Translations under genes and position numbers: made by a program | The notes under the pieces: generated by a model | Told to the model about the DNA's origin: nothing | Seen by the model: only the letters and a program-made list of their open reading frames with translations | The model's database searches: none | Part shown: positions 1-9,551 of the stretch, one piece after another | How positions within the stretch are numbered: position 1 is the first letter of the stretch | Layout: every line of letters starts with the position of its first letter | Source: a virus | Direction: 5' to 3' (one strand) | Length of the DNA stretch: 64,000 bases | IMG/VR virus record: IMGVR_UViG_3300028045_000007 | Location: 1 to 64,000 of that record

Positions 1-160
1 TATTGTTTTCCTTTATCATGGGATCGATATGATCAATTTCAAGATCATCTTCGCTGCCGCACCAAACGCATGGGCCGTTTTCGTCGAACCATTCTTGACG
101 ACGACGAGCCATCCATTCCCGTTGATAGGCCCTTTGTTTTTCTTTGTCTTTGTATCCCAT
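1..160 (-). CDS. HNH endonuclease (runs off the left window edge)
   Basis: Manual translation from ATG at 160: MGYKDKEKQRAYQREWMARRRQEWFDENGPCVWCGSEDDLEIDHIDP; CxxC plus LEIDHIDP is typical of phage HNH proteins. Not in the ORF track. Confidence 0.85.
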   Translation of the reverse strand, partial: MGYKDKEKQRAYQREWMARRRQEWFDENGPCVWCGSEDDLEIDHIDPMIKENN

Positions 161-168
161 GATTGTAT

Positions 169-237
169 TGGGGTGGAGCAGGGATTTGCACCCTTCCATT
201 CGGGTCACAGCCGAATTACCCACTTTGGGAACTCCAC
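169..237 (-). tRNA. Atypical compact tRNA-His(GTG)-like gene
   Basis: Manual fold: acceptor GTGGAGT/GCTCCAC, discriminator C, encoded CCA, anticodon arm TTCGG-CTGTGAC-CCGAA, 3-nt D loop, 4-bp T stem with loop TGCAAAT. Confidence 0.65.
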
Positions 238-1300
238 AGTCCGTTTGCTGCCCTATCGCAGCGGTGTACGTGGAGGGCGGCTTACGTGTCCCCGCCCTCG
301 TTCAATACTCTCCACGTAGAGATCAAGCTTTTCACCTTGATATGAGCCTACGCTCTGTAATCAGTCACGTAGCTGTAGCCGCCATAAAAATCGCGAAACC
401 GTTAACTTCGCGTGCCGCCCCCCTAGCGGGGGAGTGCTCGGATATTTCTACACTACATTCTCATGACTTCCATACGCGGTGCCATGCCTAGGTCGGCTCT
501 CTGCATATGGCGTACTTCTGCCACGGCTTGCCAGCCGCAGCCCAAGTGATGGGTTGGTTTTTTCTTGATTGTACGTATCGCTTACTTAAACGTTATCTTC
601 AGCGATATGCAATCGTGGTCAGCATCCGTTTACCCATCCAAGCCTGCTTTCCGTGTATTTAGGGGGCTATCACAAGTTCTAACCCTGGTTGCTAGTGACC
701 GCCGATATGTGAAACACAATATACATGGTTAGGCGTCTGTGAACACGGTGATTAGCCGCTTCACTAGCTTCGTCTCTGTCGTTGCCTCTCGACTCCCAAC
801 AGCAGGACATAGTGTGTAGTTCATTCTGTGTTCCTTCTGGTGAAGCGATCAACTTCCCATAGGTCGCACGTAGCACTTTGAAAGCTTAGGACAATCGCCG
901 TACTACCCCTCGCGGGACATCTTCTCTTTTTCAAGATCAGATAGAGACGCTTCTGTCCTACACACGCTCGTTTTACTCATCTCAAAGAGATGGGCTTTCC
1001 TAAGATCACATTTTAAACAATGTTAGTTGCTTTTAGCCGTTACTTCGGTAAACGAATAAATCCGCCTTATTCCAAGCTGAATACCCACGGTGACACGTGG
1101 TCTCTTGCCTAAAACTTAATCGTGTGGTTCAGATGCGTCACCATCCTCGGTCACACTCGCCTGCCCAGTTCTCAACAAAACGGTGGACACCGCTCTATTG
1201 AAGACAAGCTTTTCTCTACCATGCGGCCCGCAGGCGACCGACTAACAGTCCTGGCCCAGCTAAAAGCACAGGATTTAGAATGTCCGGAGAACGCGGACAT
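238..1300 (-). ncRNA. Candidate large (~1.06 kb) structured ncRNA
   Basis: No credible ORF in an otherwise gene-dense genome, many hairpins, downstream of a promoter and between two CCA-ending tRNA-like elements. Confidence 0.55.
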
Positions 1301-1304
1301 ATGC

Positions 1305-1374
1305 TGGTGCGTCGGGCAGGTACTACCCCTGCTCCATTCCCTTACGGGATATGCCTTACTTACACTACCGACGC
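1305..1374 (-). ncRNA. tRNA-like RNA lacking an anticodon loop
   Basis: GCGTCGG-TA-GTGT-AAGTAAG-GCAT-A-TCCC-GTAA-GGGA-ATGGA-GCAGG-GGTAGTA-CCTGC-CCGACGC-A-CCA: cloverleaf with perfect 7-bp acceptor, 5-bp T stem and CCA, but a GNRA tetraloop in the anticodon position. Confidence 0.7.
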
Positions 1375-1505
1375 ATGTTCCTTAGCGGCAGACGCTATGC
1401 GTCTCTGCCGCTATGATTGGTTCCGAGTTGTCAAAGAGAGGCGGCTGTGTTATGCCCTACCGCCTCGTCGGGCTCACCAGCGGCGTTTTCGCCTCCGGTA
1501 TGTAC

Positions 1506-1533
1506 ATTATACACTAGTTTCGGTGTTCGTCAA
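1506..1533 (-). promoter_or_regulatory. Sigma70-type promoter for the ncRNA unit
   Basis: TTGACG-N16-TATAAT. Confidence 0.75.
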
Positions 1534-1545
1534 CTTCTTTTCGAG

Positions 1546-1581
1546 AAAAAGTTGGGCTGGAGGCCACACAACCCCCAGCCC
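1546..1581 (-). terminator. Intrinsic terminator after rIIB
   Basis: GGGCTGG...CCAGCCC hairpin followed by AACTTTTT. Confidence 0.65.
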
Positions 1582-1603
1582 AGCGGAAACACACGGAGAA
1601 AGA

Positions 1604-2476
1604 TCAGTCGTCCTGGCACTCACCCTCGCACCAATAGTCACCACAATGCTCGCAGTAGTCTTCCGAGTCGCAGTCGTAGTCATCGTCGTCCTGACCTAGA
1701 ACGCAGGGCATCGATTCTCCGATGGATACCTCGGAGCGATAGACGGGCTCCTCGATCAACTTCTCGCACTCCTCGACCACTTCGTACTTGCAAACACGCA
1801 ATTTGGAGCAAGAGCAGTCGAGCGGCACGCTGACAGCATCAGCGGGATTAACTTTAACGAGAACGACTCGACCGTCACTGCCAGCCCAGTCGGTTGCGTA
1901 GCGGTGGGTGCCAACGTGGAACCCATATGAGCAGCCAACGCTATGGTCATCGTTGACCTTGTTGCGAGGCATTTCATTAATGACTCCCACGCTATTGTCG
2001 AATCTGCCAGTGTGCTTGTCTTTCCATTCGGCGGAGATGCCCTTGTAGGCAATGAAGCATCCATCCTCGGTGACGGGGAAGTTGCCGTGTTCCAGGAATC
2101 TGTAAAGCTCATTGACGGCACGTCCGCTCGGATTTGCCATAAGCTTTTCCAGGAAGAGAGCCAGCGGAGCGTAGTCCTCGCCGTTTCGCATGAACTCGCC
2201 AATGCGGTCTGCGAGCACGTTGTTGATCTGCTCTCCATTCCAGAAGACCTCACCATACGGATTAACAGTAATGCCATTCAGTTCGCGTTCTATCGTAGTG
2301 GCAGGATTGAGCAGATCGTCGAGCCGATCGTAGCCAGACTTGTTGGACAAGATACTTGCAATCGGACCATAGTTCGGATGGGTGAGACCAAGCGAGTGGG
2401 TCTGACCGTTCCAGACCAGATTGATGTTGCCGTCAGCAGTGGTGATGTACGTGGGCTTTTTCTTTTTCCAGAACAT
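1604..2476 (-). CDS. rIIB: rIIB-like protein
   Basis: Motifs ANPS...ELYRFL, TEDGCFIAYK, MPRNKV..D...CSYGFH, VKVNPADAVSVP.D....KLRVCKYEV; adjacent to rIIA. Confidence 0.9.
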   Translation of the reverse strand: MFWKKKKPTYITTADGNINLVWNGQTHSLGLTHPNYGPIASILSNKSGYDRLDDLLNPATTIERELNGITVNPYGEVFWNGEQINNVLADRIGEFMRNGEDYAPLALFLEKLMANPSGRAVNELYRFLEHGNFPVTEDGCFIAYKGISAEWKDKHTGRFDNSVGVINEMPRNKVNDDHSVGCSYGFHVGTHRYATDWAGSDGRVVLVKVNPADAVSVPLDCSCSKLRVCKYEVVEECEKLIEEPVYRSEVSIGESMPCVLGQDDDDYDCDSEDYCEHCGDYWCEGECQDD

Positions 2477-2477
2477 A

Positions 2478-4409
2478 TTAGTTTTTCTCCTTGAGAGTGA
2501 TGTACTCAACAATGTCTGCCACGTTGACGTGACGAATTTGAATCTGCGAAAGTAGAGGATAACGTTCACGAAACAGTTCACAGTAATCAGGAGTGTCTGA
2601 TGGGTCGGGCACAACTAGATCGAACATCGCGAACATTGATTTAATAGTATTGCCGATGCGAGACGCTTTGGACATTGCTACCAAGTCGTCGCACACGGGC
2701 GACATATTCTTGATGGCATGGATGAGCATTGCCGGAAATGTGTAAGAGTCAAAGCTGTGTTGCATGCGACTCAGTTCGTACTTGGTCAGTAACGTTAGAC
2801 GCTTTTCTGCATACTTCTTTGCTTCGGTCTCGAAATCAGCCAGACCCAGTTTGTTACTGAGACGCTTGTAGTGCTTGTCGGCAATGCCGTAAACGGTATC
2901 GTATCCCATGGCTTGAGCAATTGCCAGGATTTCCCAAGCATTACGCTCTCTACCCTTGACCATGACGTTCCAACCAGTACGAGGTATGGCAATTGCTTTA
3001 GTGGTTTCTACCTTGTCTTCATCGACACGAGACCATTGATCCGCCTTGGAGCCACTGTATCCAGTAATGCTCTTAAAGAAGGAACGAGTGCCAGTGAACT
3101 TCTTTCGTTCACTCTGGGGAGCGTCGGGAAGCTCACTTATTCTGATGCTCGGCTCTCCGAACACCTGGGTGAAGCGAACCTCGTCCTCAACGTCGGCGAG
3201 GTACATGATGCCCTCTTGGGAACTCAACCAGTAGCGAAGCCGATTCTTGTAGGCTTGCGTCATCTTGACATCGCAGTGGACGATGACGTAATCAGTATAC
3301 TCGCTCGGCTGGAGCGATTCACGCCAGCGGTCTTGTCCGATGCAGAGCTTATTGCCCTTGAGCTTCATGCACTTGAGTTCGTACTTGCCCGATTCCTTAA
3401 TGGAAATGGATTTTTTTCCGGCGGGCAGGTCCCATACGTTACTGAAGCGTTGACGATTCCTGATCTCGGCCATGACACTAATGTCACCAGTCAGTTGTGC
3501 GTCAATCTTTACCTGAACGTCTTTCGATACCTTGTCCAGATGAGATTGAATATTGGCAATCGTGCGTTCGTTATAGTGAAGCTCCTCGCGGCTCACTGCA
3601 AAGTCACATTCGCCATTGTTAACAAACAAGATCAGGGCTCCACTCTGTCCCAGTTTGATCTTGAAGTGTTCCGTTGCCACAGTGTAGCGGACGTTACCCA
3701 TAACCACATTGATGCGGGAGGGAACACCAGCTTCTTGGCGATTGGAGTAAAGCTTGTAGTGAGCATGTTCGAAAAGAGGCTCGCACTCCTCGAATTCGAC
3801 GTTAGCCCCAGTGATCTTGGGACACATAGGCATAAATCGATACACCTTTTGTGCGGCACGCTGCCACTCGTACTCATCGCCAGCCTTGACTTGAACTGTG
3901 ATTTCAAGACCATTCGGTTCGTCAGTGGCATTGGTATCCATCAGGGCGATACGCGGCTCGCCAGTTTCGTTCCTATATGCGGAGTACGTATAGGAGGTAC
4001 CGTTCCAATAGGACGTTACCATGAACTGGTCCGTAAGAGCGAAGGGCGATTTCGAGCCCAAACCAAGGCGACCGATGAAATCGTCAGAATCACTCCTGGT
4101 GGACTCGAAGTACGTAGTGTAAACGTGCTTCACGTCTTCGGGCGAGAGTCCCGTGCCGTAGTCGCGGACCTTGAAAAAGGAAGCAAAGGAGTTGGGCATG
4201 TGAACATCGAAGGGCTTGTCGGTGGTGCCAGCTTCGACTTGAGCGTCATACGCATTGGTAGACAACTCTCTTACGACCGCAAGGATGGGGTCGGTGTACA
4301 GGCGGCTGGAGAGCACTTCGAAGGCGTGTGCGTTGGCCGCGATGGTGAAGTTGCTTTCGGAGAAGTCTCCCGACCGCTCGATGGTTCTGTCTTTAGTGTG
4401 TAGCTTCAT
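2478..4409 (-). CDS. rIIA: rIIA-like protein (N-terminal GHKL/Hsp90-like ATPase)
   Basis: LYTDPILAVVRELSTNAYDA, VRDYGTGL, GRLGLGSKSPF, SREELHY. Confidence 0.9.
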   Translation of the reverse strand: MKLHTKDRTIERSGDFSESNFTIAANAHAFEVLSSRLYTDPILAVVRELSTNAYDAQVEAGTTDKPFDVHMPNSFASFFKVRDYGTGLSPEDVKHVYTTYFESTRSDSDDFIGRLGLGSKSPFALTDQFMVTSYWNGTSYTYSAYRNETGEPRIALMDTNATDEPNGLEITVQVKAGDEYEWQRAAQKVYRFMPMCPKITGANVEFEECEPLFEHAHYKLYSNRQEAGVPSRINVVMGNVRYTVATEHFKIKLGQSGALILFVNNGECDFAVSREELHYNERTIANIQSHLDKVSKDVQVKIDAQLTGDISVMAEIRNRQRFSNVWDLPAGKKSISIKESGKYELKCMKLKGNKLCIGQDRWRESLQPSEYTDYVIVHCDVKMTQAYKNRLRYWLSSQEGIMYLADVEDEVRFTQVFGEPSIRISELPDAPQSERKKFTGTRSFFKSITGYSGSKADQWSRVDEDKVETTKAIAIPRTGWNVMVKGRERNAWEILAIAQAMGYDTVYGIADKHYKRLSNKLGLADFETEAKKYAEKRLTLLTKYELSRMQHSFDSYTFPAMLIHAIKNMSPVCDDLVAMSKASRIGNTIKSMFAMFDLVVPDPSDTPDYCELFRERYPLLSQIQIRHVNVADIVEYITLKEKN

Positions 4410-4476
4410 GTGTGTTCCCTTGTGTGAGGTGACTACAGTATACTGCGTCAATAGCGTTTGTCAAGTCACTTGCAGA

Positions 4477-5433
4477 TTATTTTGGGCACCTATTGTTGTA
4501 GTCACGACAAACGTCCAAGCACATCTTTTTACAGATAGTGTCCTTTTGGCAATCGTGGTTTTCAAGCCACTCCGCACGCTCTTGACGCATGTTCGGTCCA
4601 ACCTTGCCGATGGGATCGCCCATCTCACGCATATAGATGATGCAAGGGAAATGATACCCCTTTGCTACCGCCATGTCGTCCAGCACCAGCGGACACCGAG
4701 AGTTGTCAGTGTCTTCCATGCCACGAACGTGAGCACCACGCAGCACGTTATTGATACGATACCGCAAGATTGGGTACTTGTCAAGGATACGGTCGCCTAA
4801 ACTTGCCAACTGGGCAAGAGCCAGATTGTACTGGGCCGATGGAATAACCCGAATGTCAGAAACACCCAGTGCATCAGCGAACAGCACCGCGTTGACACAA
4901 TCGTGTACGTTCTCCTCAGTGAAGACCATGCCGACCGTGATGTACGTAATCTTGCTGAGACGACGAATGTTGTCGATTACAGTGTCCCATGCTCCAGGAA
5001 CGCCAGTCATCTTGTCGCCAATCGTGGCACAGCAGCCATCAAGCGAGATCGAGAGATCGTTCACGCCGCACTCGATAAGCTCGACGTACCTCTCGTGTGG
5101 GAACGAGCCATTACTTGAAATCGCAATATGCTCAACGCCGCCCTCTTTGCACATGGCCACCAGCGTGTCCAGTCCTTTGTAAAGCAGAGGCTCGCCGCCA
5201 GAGAAGCGAACGTTGCGTAGACCCTGGGAGATCCACAGACGCACTACCTCTTTTGCCTTTTCAAGTGGGAGAGTCCCTTGCAGATCTTCCCTAAGGCCCC
5301 TACAGTAAGGGCACTTGAAATTACAAGCGTGTGTGAGGATCAGTTCACACCTATGGAGAGGAGAGCTAACACTGGTGTTGGCTGCCCGCTCGTCCGACAG
5401 TGTGTAAAATCCGATGTCTTCTAGTCTTTGCAT
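4477..5433 (-). CDS. Radical SAM protein
   Basis: CNFKCPYC (CxxxCxxC), FSGGEP, SISLDG, Cys-rich C-terminus. Confidence 0.9.
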   Translation of the reverse strand: MQRLEDIGFYTLSDERAANTSVSSPLHRCELILTHACNFKCPYCRGLREDLQGTLPLEKAKEVVRLWISQGLRNVRFSGGEPLLYKGLDTLVAMCKEGGVEHIAISSNGSFPHERYVELIECGVNDLSISLDGCCATIGDKMTGVPGAWDTVIDNIRRLSKITYITVGMVFTEENVHDCVNAVLFADALGVSDIRVIPSAQYNLALAQLASLGDRILDKYPILRYRINNVLRGAHVRGMEDTDNSRCPLVLDDMAVAKGYHFPCIIYMREMGDPIGKVGPNMRQERAEWLENHDCQKDTICKKMCLDVCRDYNNRCPK

Positions 5434-5505
5434 GTCTCAATGAAAACTGGGCCAGGACGTTTGTTTATCCTGACCCAGTATACCAGCTAACTGACCGTTG
5501 TCAAG

Positions 5506-5860
5506 TTATTTCTTCGGCGGGGTTGGCATTTGCATCAGGAGGCTACTATCGAGGCCACCGTCGCCACCCATGAACCACTGAGGATATGCTCCGTCCCACT
5601 TCTCGGCACGGATCTTATCAATATCCAAGCGTTTCATCGCAAGGAATACCGGGTTCTCTTGGGCTTCAGAGGTTGCCTCGTTCACCATGCGGAGAGCGTC
5701 AGCTTCACCGGAGGCGATACGACGAGCCTTCTCGGCGATAGCGTTCGCTTCAAGCTCGATGATGGCGTTCTTGTCGGTTTGGGCAACCAGCAGAGCAGCC
5801 GCAACCACTTTCTCCTGCTGGGCAACAAACGTGTCCGAAGCCAGTGTAGAGACCCATGTC
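5506..5860 (-). pseudogene. C-terminal remnant of an SPFH/band-7-like gene
   Basis: Coiled-coil A.GEADA segment and EKWDG.YP tail; no own start; overlapped out of frame by the upstream gene. Confidence 0.55.
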
Positions 5861-6268
5861 GGCACGCTCATAGAAGCCCTTGAGTTCCTCGATGATGCCG
5901 GGAAGCTCATGCGTTAGGAAAAGCCACGGGCGATAGTGTGTTGACCAATAGCCCGAATCCTCAAGCGTGTGTTTCATGCCATTCGCCGCAGGCGAATTCA
6001 TTGAATGGATAATCACGGTGTCGATCTTGGGAGAGTGTAGACTCATCCAGCGGGCGACCGCACTACCAGTGTTGTCGTCATCAACTGAAACAAAAGCCTC
6101 GCCACCCAGGTCGTGATCTAGAAACAGAGTGTCGTAGTCTTCCGTCTCCAATTGCTCGATGCACCCTGCGGCGGTGGTTGTGATATCAACCTCGACACCC
6201 GCAGCTTTGCACACGGCTTCAAACCTCTCGATACGATGAGGGTCGTCTTCAAGTACTAGTATTAGCAT
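5750..6268 (-). CDS. Cyclic-phosphate-processing receiver domain protein
   Basis: ILVLEDD...LFLDHDLG...TG..VA.W...IIHSMN.PA signature. Confidence 0.8.
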   Translation of the reverse strand: MLILVLEDDPHRIERFEAVCKAAGVEVDITTTAAGCIEQLETEDYDTLFLDHDLGGEAFVSVDDDNTGSAVARWMSLHSPKIDTVIIHSMNSPAANGMKHTLEDSGYWSTHYRPWLFLTHELPGIIEELKGFYERADMGLYTGFGHVCCPAGESGCGCSAGCPNRQERHHRA

Positions 6269-6976
6269 TTACCAATTAGTTGTAATGGTTTCGCCATCCC
6301 AGATGGTATAGCTTCTGTCTTCGATGATTGGACAACACGTCCACTCCATACCGCCTTGCTCGCCTTTAGCTCCCAGGTGATGGTGACCAAAAAACCAAAA
6401 GCGAGGTTGATAGTGTTCTCGTAATTCGTTTAGTAGAGACCTGTTGCCGTGTCCCACAATAGAGTTATATCTTTCATAACAATAAGGGATACTGGCAGGA
6501 TGGTCATGGCTGAAAATGGCGTCGATGGGACCATCGACGGTTTCGAAAGTCTTACGTATTTGTCCGTACGTAATGTCTTCTTGCGGCCACCAGCTAATGT
6601 GTGGATGACGAGCCTCTTTGTCGGCAGACGTAGCTCCCCCACAGAACAATAGTCTATACTGTTCTATTTCAAGAACACTACCGCGTGACATGTACTTCCA
6701 ATCGGGCTGTAGTGATCCACCATCAATGTCCAGACGATCAAAGTTCTCATGATTGCCATCAAGCCAATAAAACTTAACGTTTTCCTTGTAATAGGCAATC
6801 TGTTCGTCGGTGAGATATGCTCGCGTGAGCTTGTGCGGCTTGTCGTCCCATCCATACCCGAAGTCGCCACACTGAATCACGTGAGTAATATCAGGATGTG
6901 CTTGTAGGGCTCTTGCGAGCGTTATGTTTAAGTGACCCCAGTCTCCGTGAGTGTCACCCAGGATTAGGATTTTCAT
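6269..6976 (-). CDS. Calcineurin-like metallophosphoesterase
   Basis: GDTHG, GDFG, GNHE, SHDHP, FGHHH motifs. Confidence 0.9.
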   Translation of the reverse strand: MKILILGDTHGDWGHLNITLARALQAHPDITHVIQCGDFGYGWDDKPHKLTRAYLTDEQIAYYKENVKFYWLDGNHENFDRLDIDGGSLQPDWKYMSRGSVLEIEQYRLLFCGGATSADKEARHPHISWWPQEDITYGQIRKTFETVDGPIDAIFSHDHPASIPYCYERYNSIVGHGNRSLLNELREHYQPRFWFFGHHHLGAKGEQGGMEWTCCPIIEDRSYTIWDGETITTNW

Positions 6977-7401
6977 TCGGGCAGCTTGCAGATCACTGCG
7001 TTCGGTGCGACCTTTGCGATGATATCGAGTACCATCTCCCAATTACCGCCAGCGAGACCACAGCCCAGACTGTGCGGGATATAGAGAACGAGTTCGTTTG
7101 CTTCAGTAAAATCATACGCCTGATCTAGTGCGTACTCAAGGGCACCATAATTGGTTCGTAGTCCCTCGCCGTAAGTGCGTTGGCCAGCAAGATTAGCAAC
7201 GTACTGATTGTCGCCAACCGTTACAATTTGACAATCGCCTAGTTCCCATCTACGCTTTTGCGAGTACGCATCAAACACGTGGGGCCACTTGGTGCGAATT
7301 TGAAGGGCGAGACCACTACCCATCACACGCTGGCAATTAACCTGATGGCAGATGATGGCGGGTCCAGTCACGGTAAGAATGTCTTGGTCTATGGTTTGCA
7401 T
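6973..7401 (-). CDS. Macro domain protein (ADP-ribose processing)
   Basis: ICHQVNC..VMGSGLA.QI..KWP and GCGLAGGNW motifs. Confidence 0.9.
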   Translation of the reverse strand: MQTIDQDILTVTGPAIICHQVNCQRVMGSGLALQIRTKWPHVFDAYSQKRRWELGDCQIVTVGDNQYVANLAGQRTYGEGLRTNYGALEYALDQAYDFTEANELVLYIPHSLGCGLAGGNWEMVLDIIAKVAPNAVICKLPE

Positions 7402-8156
7402 TTCGGGATCGGTCCTTCGTTGTTGGCCCAAGCTTCGAGATCTTCAACCGTGTACCAGCCAAAGTTATTGTCTTGCTGTTCGCGGGGGTTGAGCCAGTAG
7501 ATCACGGGGTGAGCCGACTCGGTTTCCTCGCCTTTCCAGCGAGGACTGAGGGCGTAAAACGTCTTGCCCGCCGCCTTCAGTTTCTCGTGGATGCCAGCAG
7601 CCGTTGACGCTTCCGTCAGTGCTCGCCAGTCTTCGTGAGCGGCGATCCACTTGTCGGCCCACTCTTGGGGTAGGGCGGATTGGATGATGATTTTCAGGCC
7701 ACTGTTACTGAAGGCTTGACCTTCGCTCGCAAACAGCGACTCACACGTCACGACAGCATCATCGTATGTAAATGCCCGCACAATCGCGTCGTAGACGTTT
7801 TTGTCACGAATGGCTACCACGAAGCCGCTTTCGGACCACGCACCAAGTACTTCCGCGTCATCGTCGAACCATTTCGACAGGAAGCGTTCGCCAACCTCTC
7901 CCACACTTTCCCAATCGGAGAGGGCAATCAGGTGCCACTCGATCTCCTTGATGGTCATTGTGCCGTACAGTAGTTTGCTGGTTTTGGTTACGTGGTAACG
8001 TGCCGCACCGTCCGCTTTCTCGAAAATGCCGAGATCTCGCTTGATGCCCTTGACGCCCCACTCGTGTTCGGCAGTGAAATCCCAGCCGAGGTTCACGCCA
8101 ATCAGGTTTCCGTCTTCGTCCCTGATGACTCCGTTGTCCTTGAATGTGCTTTTCAT
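7389..8156 (-). CDS. Hypothetical phage protein
   Basis: 255-aa ORF directly after a TTGACA-N16-TATAAT promoter (leaderless). Confidence 0.75.
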   Translation of the reverse strand: MKSTFKDNGVIRDEDGNLIGVNLGWDFTAEHEWGVKGIKRDLGIFEKADGAARYHVTKTSKLLYGTMTIKEIEWHLIALSDWESVGEVGERFLSKWFDDDAEVLGAWSESGFVVAIRDKNVYDAIVRAFTYDDAVVTCESLFASEGQAFSNSGLKIIIQSALPQEWADKWIAAHEDWRALTEASTAAGIHEKLKAAGKTFYALSPRWKGEETESAHPVIYWLNPREQQDNNFGWYTVEDLEAWANNEGPIPKCKP

Positions 8157-8186
8157 GTAGGCATTATACCACGTAAGTCATCGTTG

Positions 8187-8447
8187 TCAAGACCTTCCTT
8201 CAAACTTCTTTTGGAGACGTAGGTATTCCTGGTATTCCTGTGATTCAACTCTTTTGATCGCCCGAGCACACCCCATCGCCTCGAATAGAATGCTGCCGAA
8301 GTTGGGAGCACCCTTGTCGATCACCATGTACGAGTTTTCATTACCTTCTCTCGGCAGAAAGAAGGCTATTCGCGTACACTTATGTAGTGTGTCCGCCACG
8401 AGGTTTACTTGTCTGTCACGATTGCGAAGTTGCGGGTGTTCAGCCAT
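8187..8447 (-). CDS. Hypothetical protein
   Basis: Start overlaps the stop of the upstream zinc-ribbon gene. Confidence 0.6.
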   Translation of the reverse strand: MAEHPQLRNRDRQVNLVADTLHKCTRIAFFLPREGNENSYMVIDKGAPNFGSILFEAMGCARAIKRVESQEYQEYLRLQKKFEGRS

Positions 8448-8640
8448 CTTTCTTGTCCTTGGGATAGTCGTTACAGTAAAAGCCATCGCCCTTAAAGATA
8501 ACGCCAACGTTCCTACTGATGATTCTTTTCAAGTGAAGTTTCCCACAATTGGGACATTTACGCTTAGCCCCCTCAGTGATGCTCTGGAAAAACTCACATT
8601 GGAGACCACAATCCCCACATTCGTACTCATACGTGGGCAT
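8440..8640 (-). CDS. FmdB-family zinc ribbon protein
   Basis: MPTYEYEC..CG...CP.CG...RIIS...FKGDGFY.NDY. Confidence 0.9.
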   Translation of the reverse strand: MPTYEYECGDCGLQCEFFQSITEGAKRKCPNCGKLHLKRIISRNVGVIFKGDGFYCNDYPKDKKDG

Positions 8641-9551
8641 TACTGGTTAGCCATAAGCCACTGGGCAGCAGCGATCATCATGTAGATCATGGCGGCGGCA
8701 CTGCCAATACACAGAATTGCAGTAACGAGGAGCCAGACATTGAAGGTGCGGACAGCAGTCTTCATGGTTTGGTCGAAGTTTTGTTGCCGGGGTTCGAAGG
8801 GTTGGATTCGTCTACGCATTGGTTATTTTTTGAAGGGGCCGGATAAAGAATGGCGGCTGCAATGAGCCATCCTCCAGCGACCGGATGCTCATTCATAAGT
8901 AGGTAGGTGCCACAACCAAGAAACAGGAGTGGTGCGATGTTGTTGACTAACATGCCTTATTATACCACCGTTAAACGCTATGTCAACTCTTTTTCGAGAT
9001 CTTCCAACATCGAATCAACCAGAGCACACCTGTCCTCACGTTGCCATTCGTCAGCAATAGTTGTAGAGCCATCGGCGAGCCGACGAAGCATGGCATAGGC
9101 ACAAGGGATATTCCAGATGATATGTATTCCCTGTTCATTGTGGGGAGCCTCTGGATGCACGAAGTCCTCCATGCACTGCTCGAAGAGCATTCGGAGACCG
9201 TCGAGTTCACGTTTGGTTAGTTCCTGTATGGTCATTTTTGTGTCAGATATGATGTTCAATGTCACAGTGATGTATGCACTTTTTGTGACGTATAGAGCAC
9301 TGTTAAGCTATATCGCTTCACCTTCCTCTAAAACGATTTTGAGTTTGCCACCGGCATTATCACGTGGTTCGACACGCACGATTTTGTATCCTGTCAGACA
9401 GGTGTAGTAGTTGTAATTGCCACCACCGAAGACATCAAGGCTACCCTCCCAAAAGCGAAATTCTGGCGTAAATCCTTCCGTGCAAGTGACCTGTCCCGTG
9501 AAGCGTGTCAGTTCACATTGACATGAGGAATCCCAGTAGACGACGTAAGTT

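Noticed and set aside
29-1833. Plus-strand ORFs of 60-139 aa over the ncRNA region
   Set aside because: No RBS or promoter, low-information sequences, opposite to local transcription.
2871-4403. 510-aa plus-strand ORF and similar long antisense ORFs (13072..13986, 39641..40405, 57833..58522)
   Set aside because: Antisense shadows of well-supported genes.
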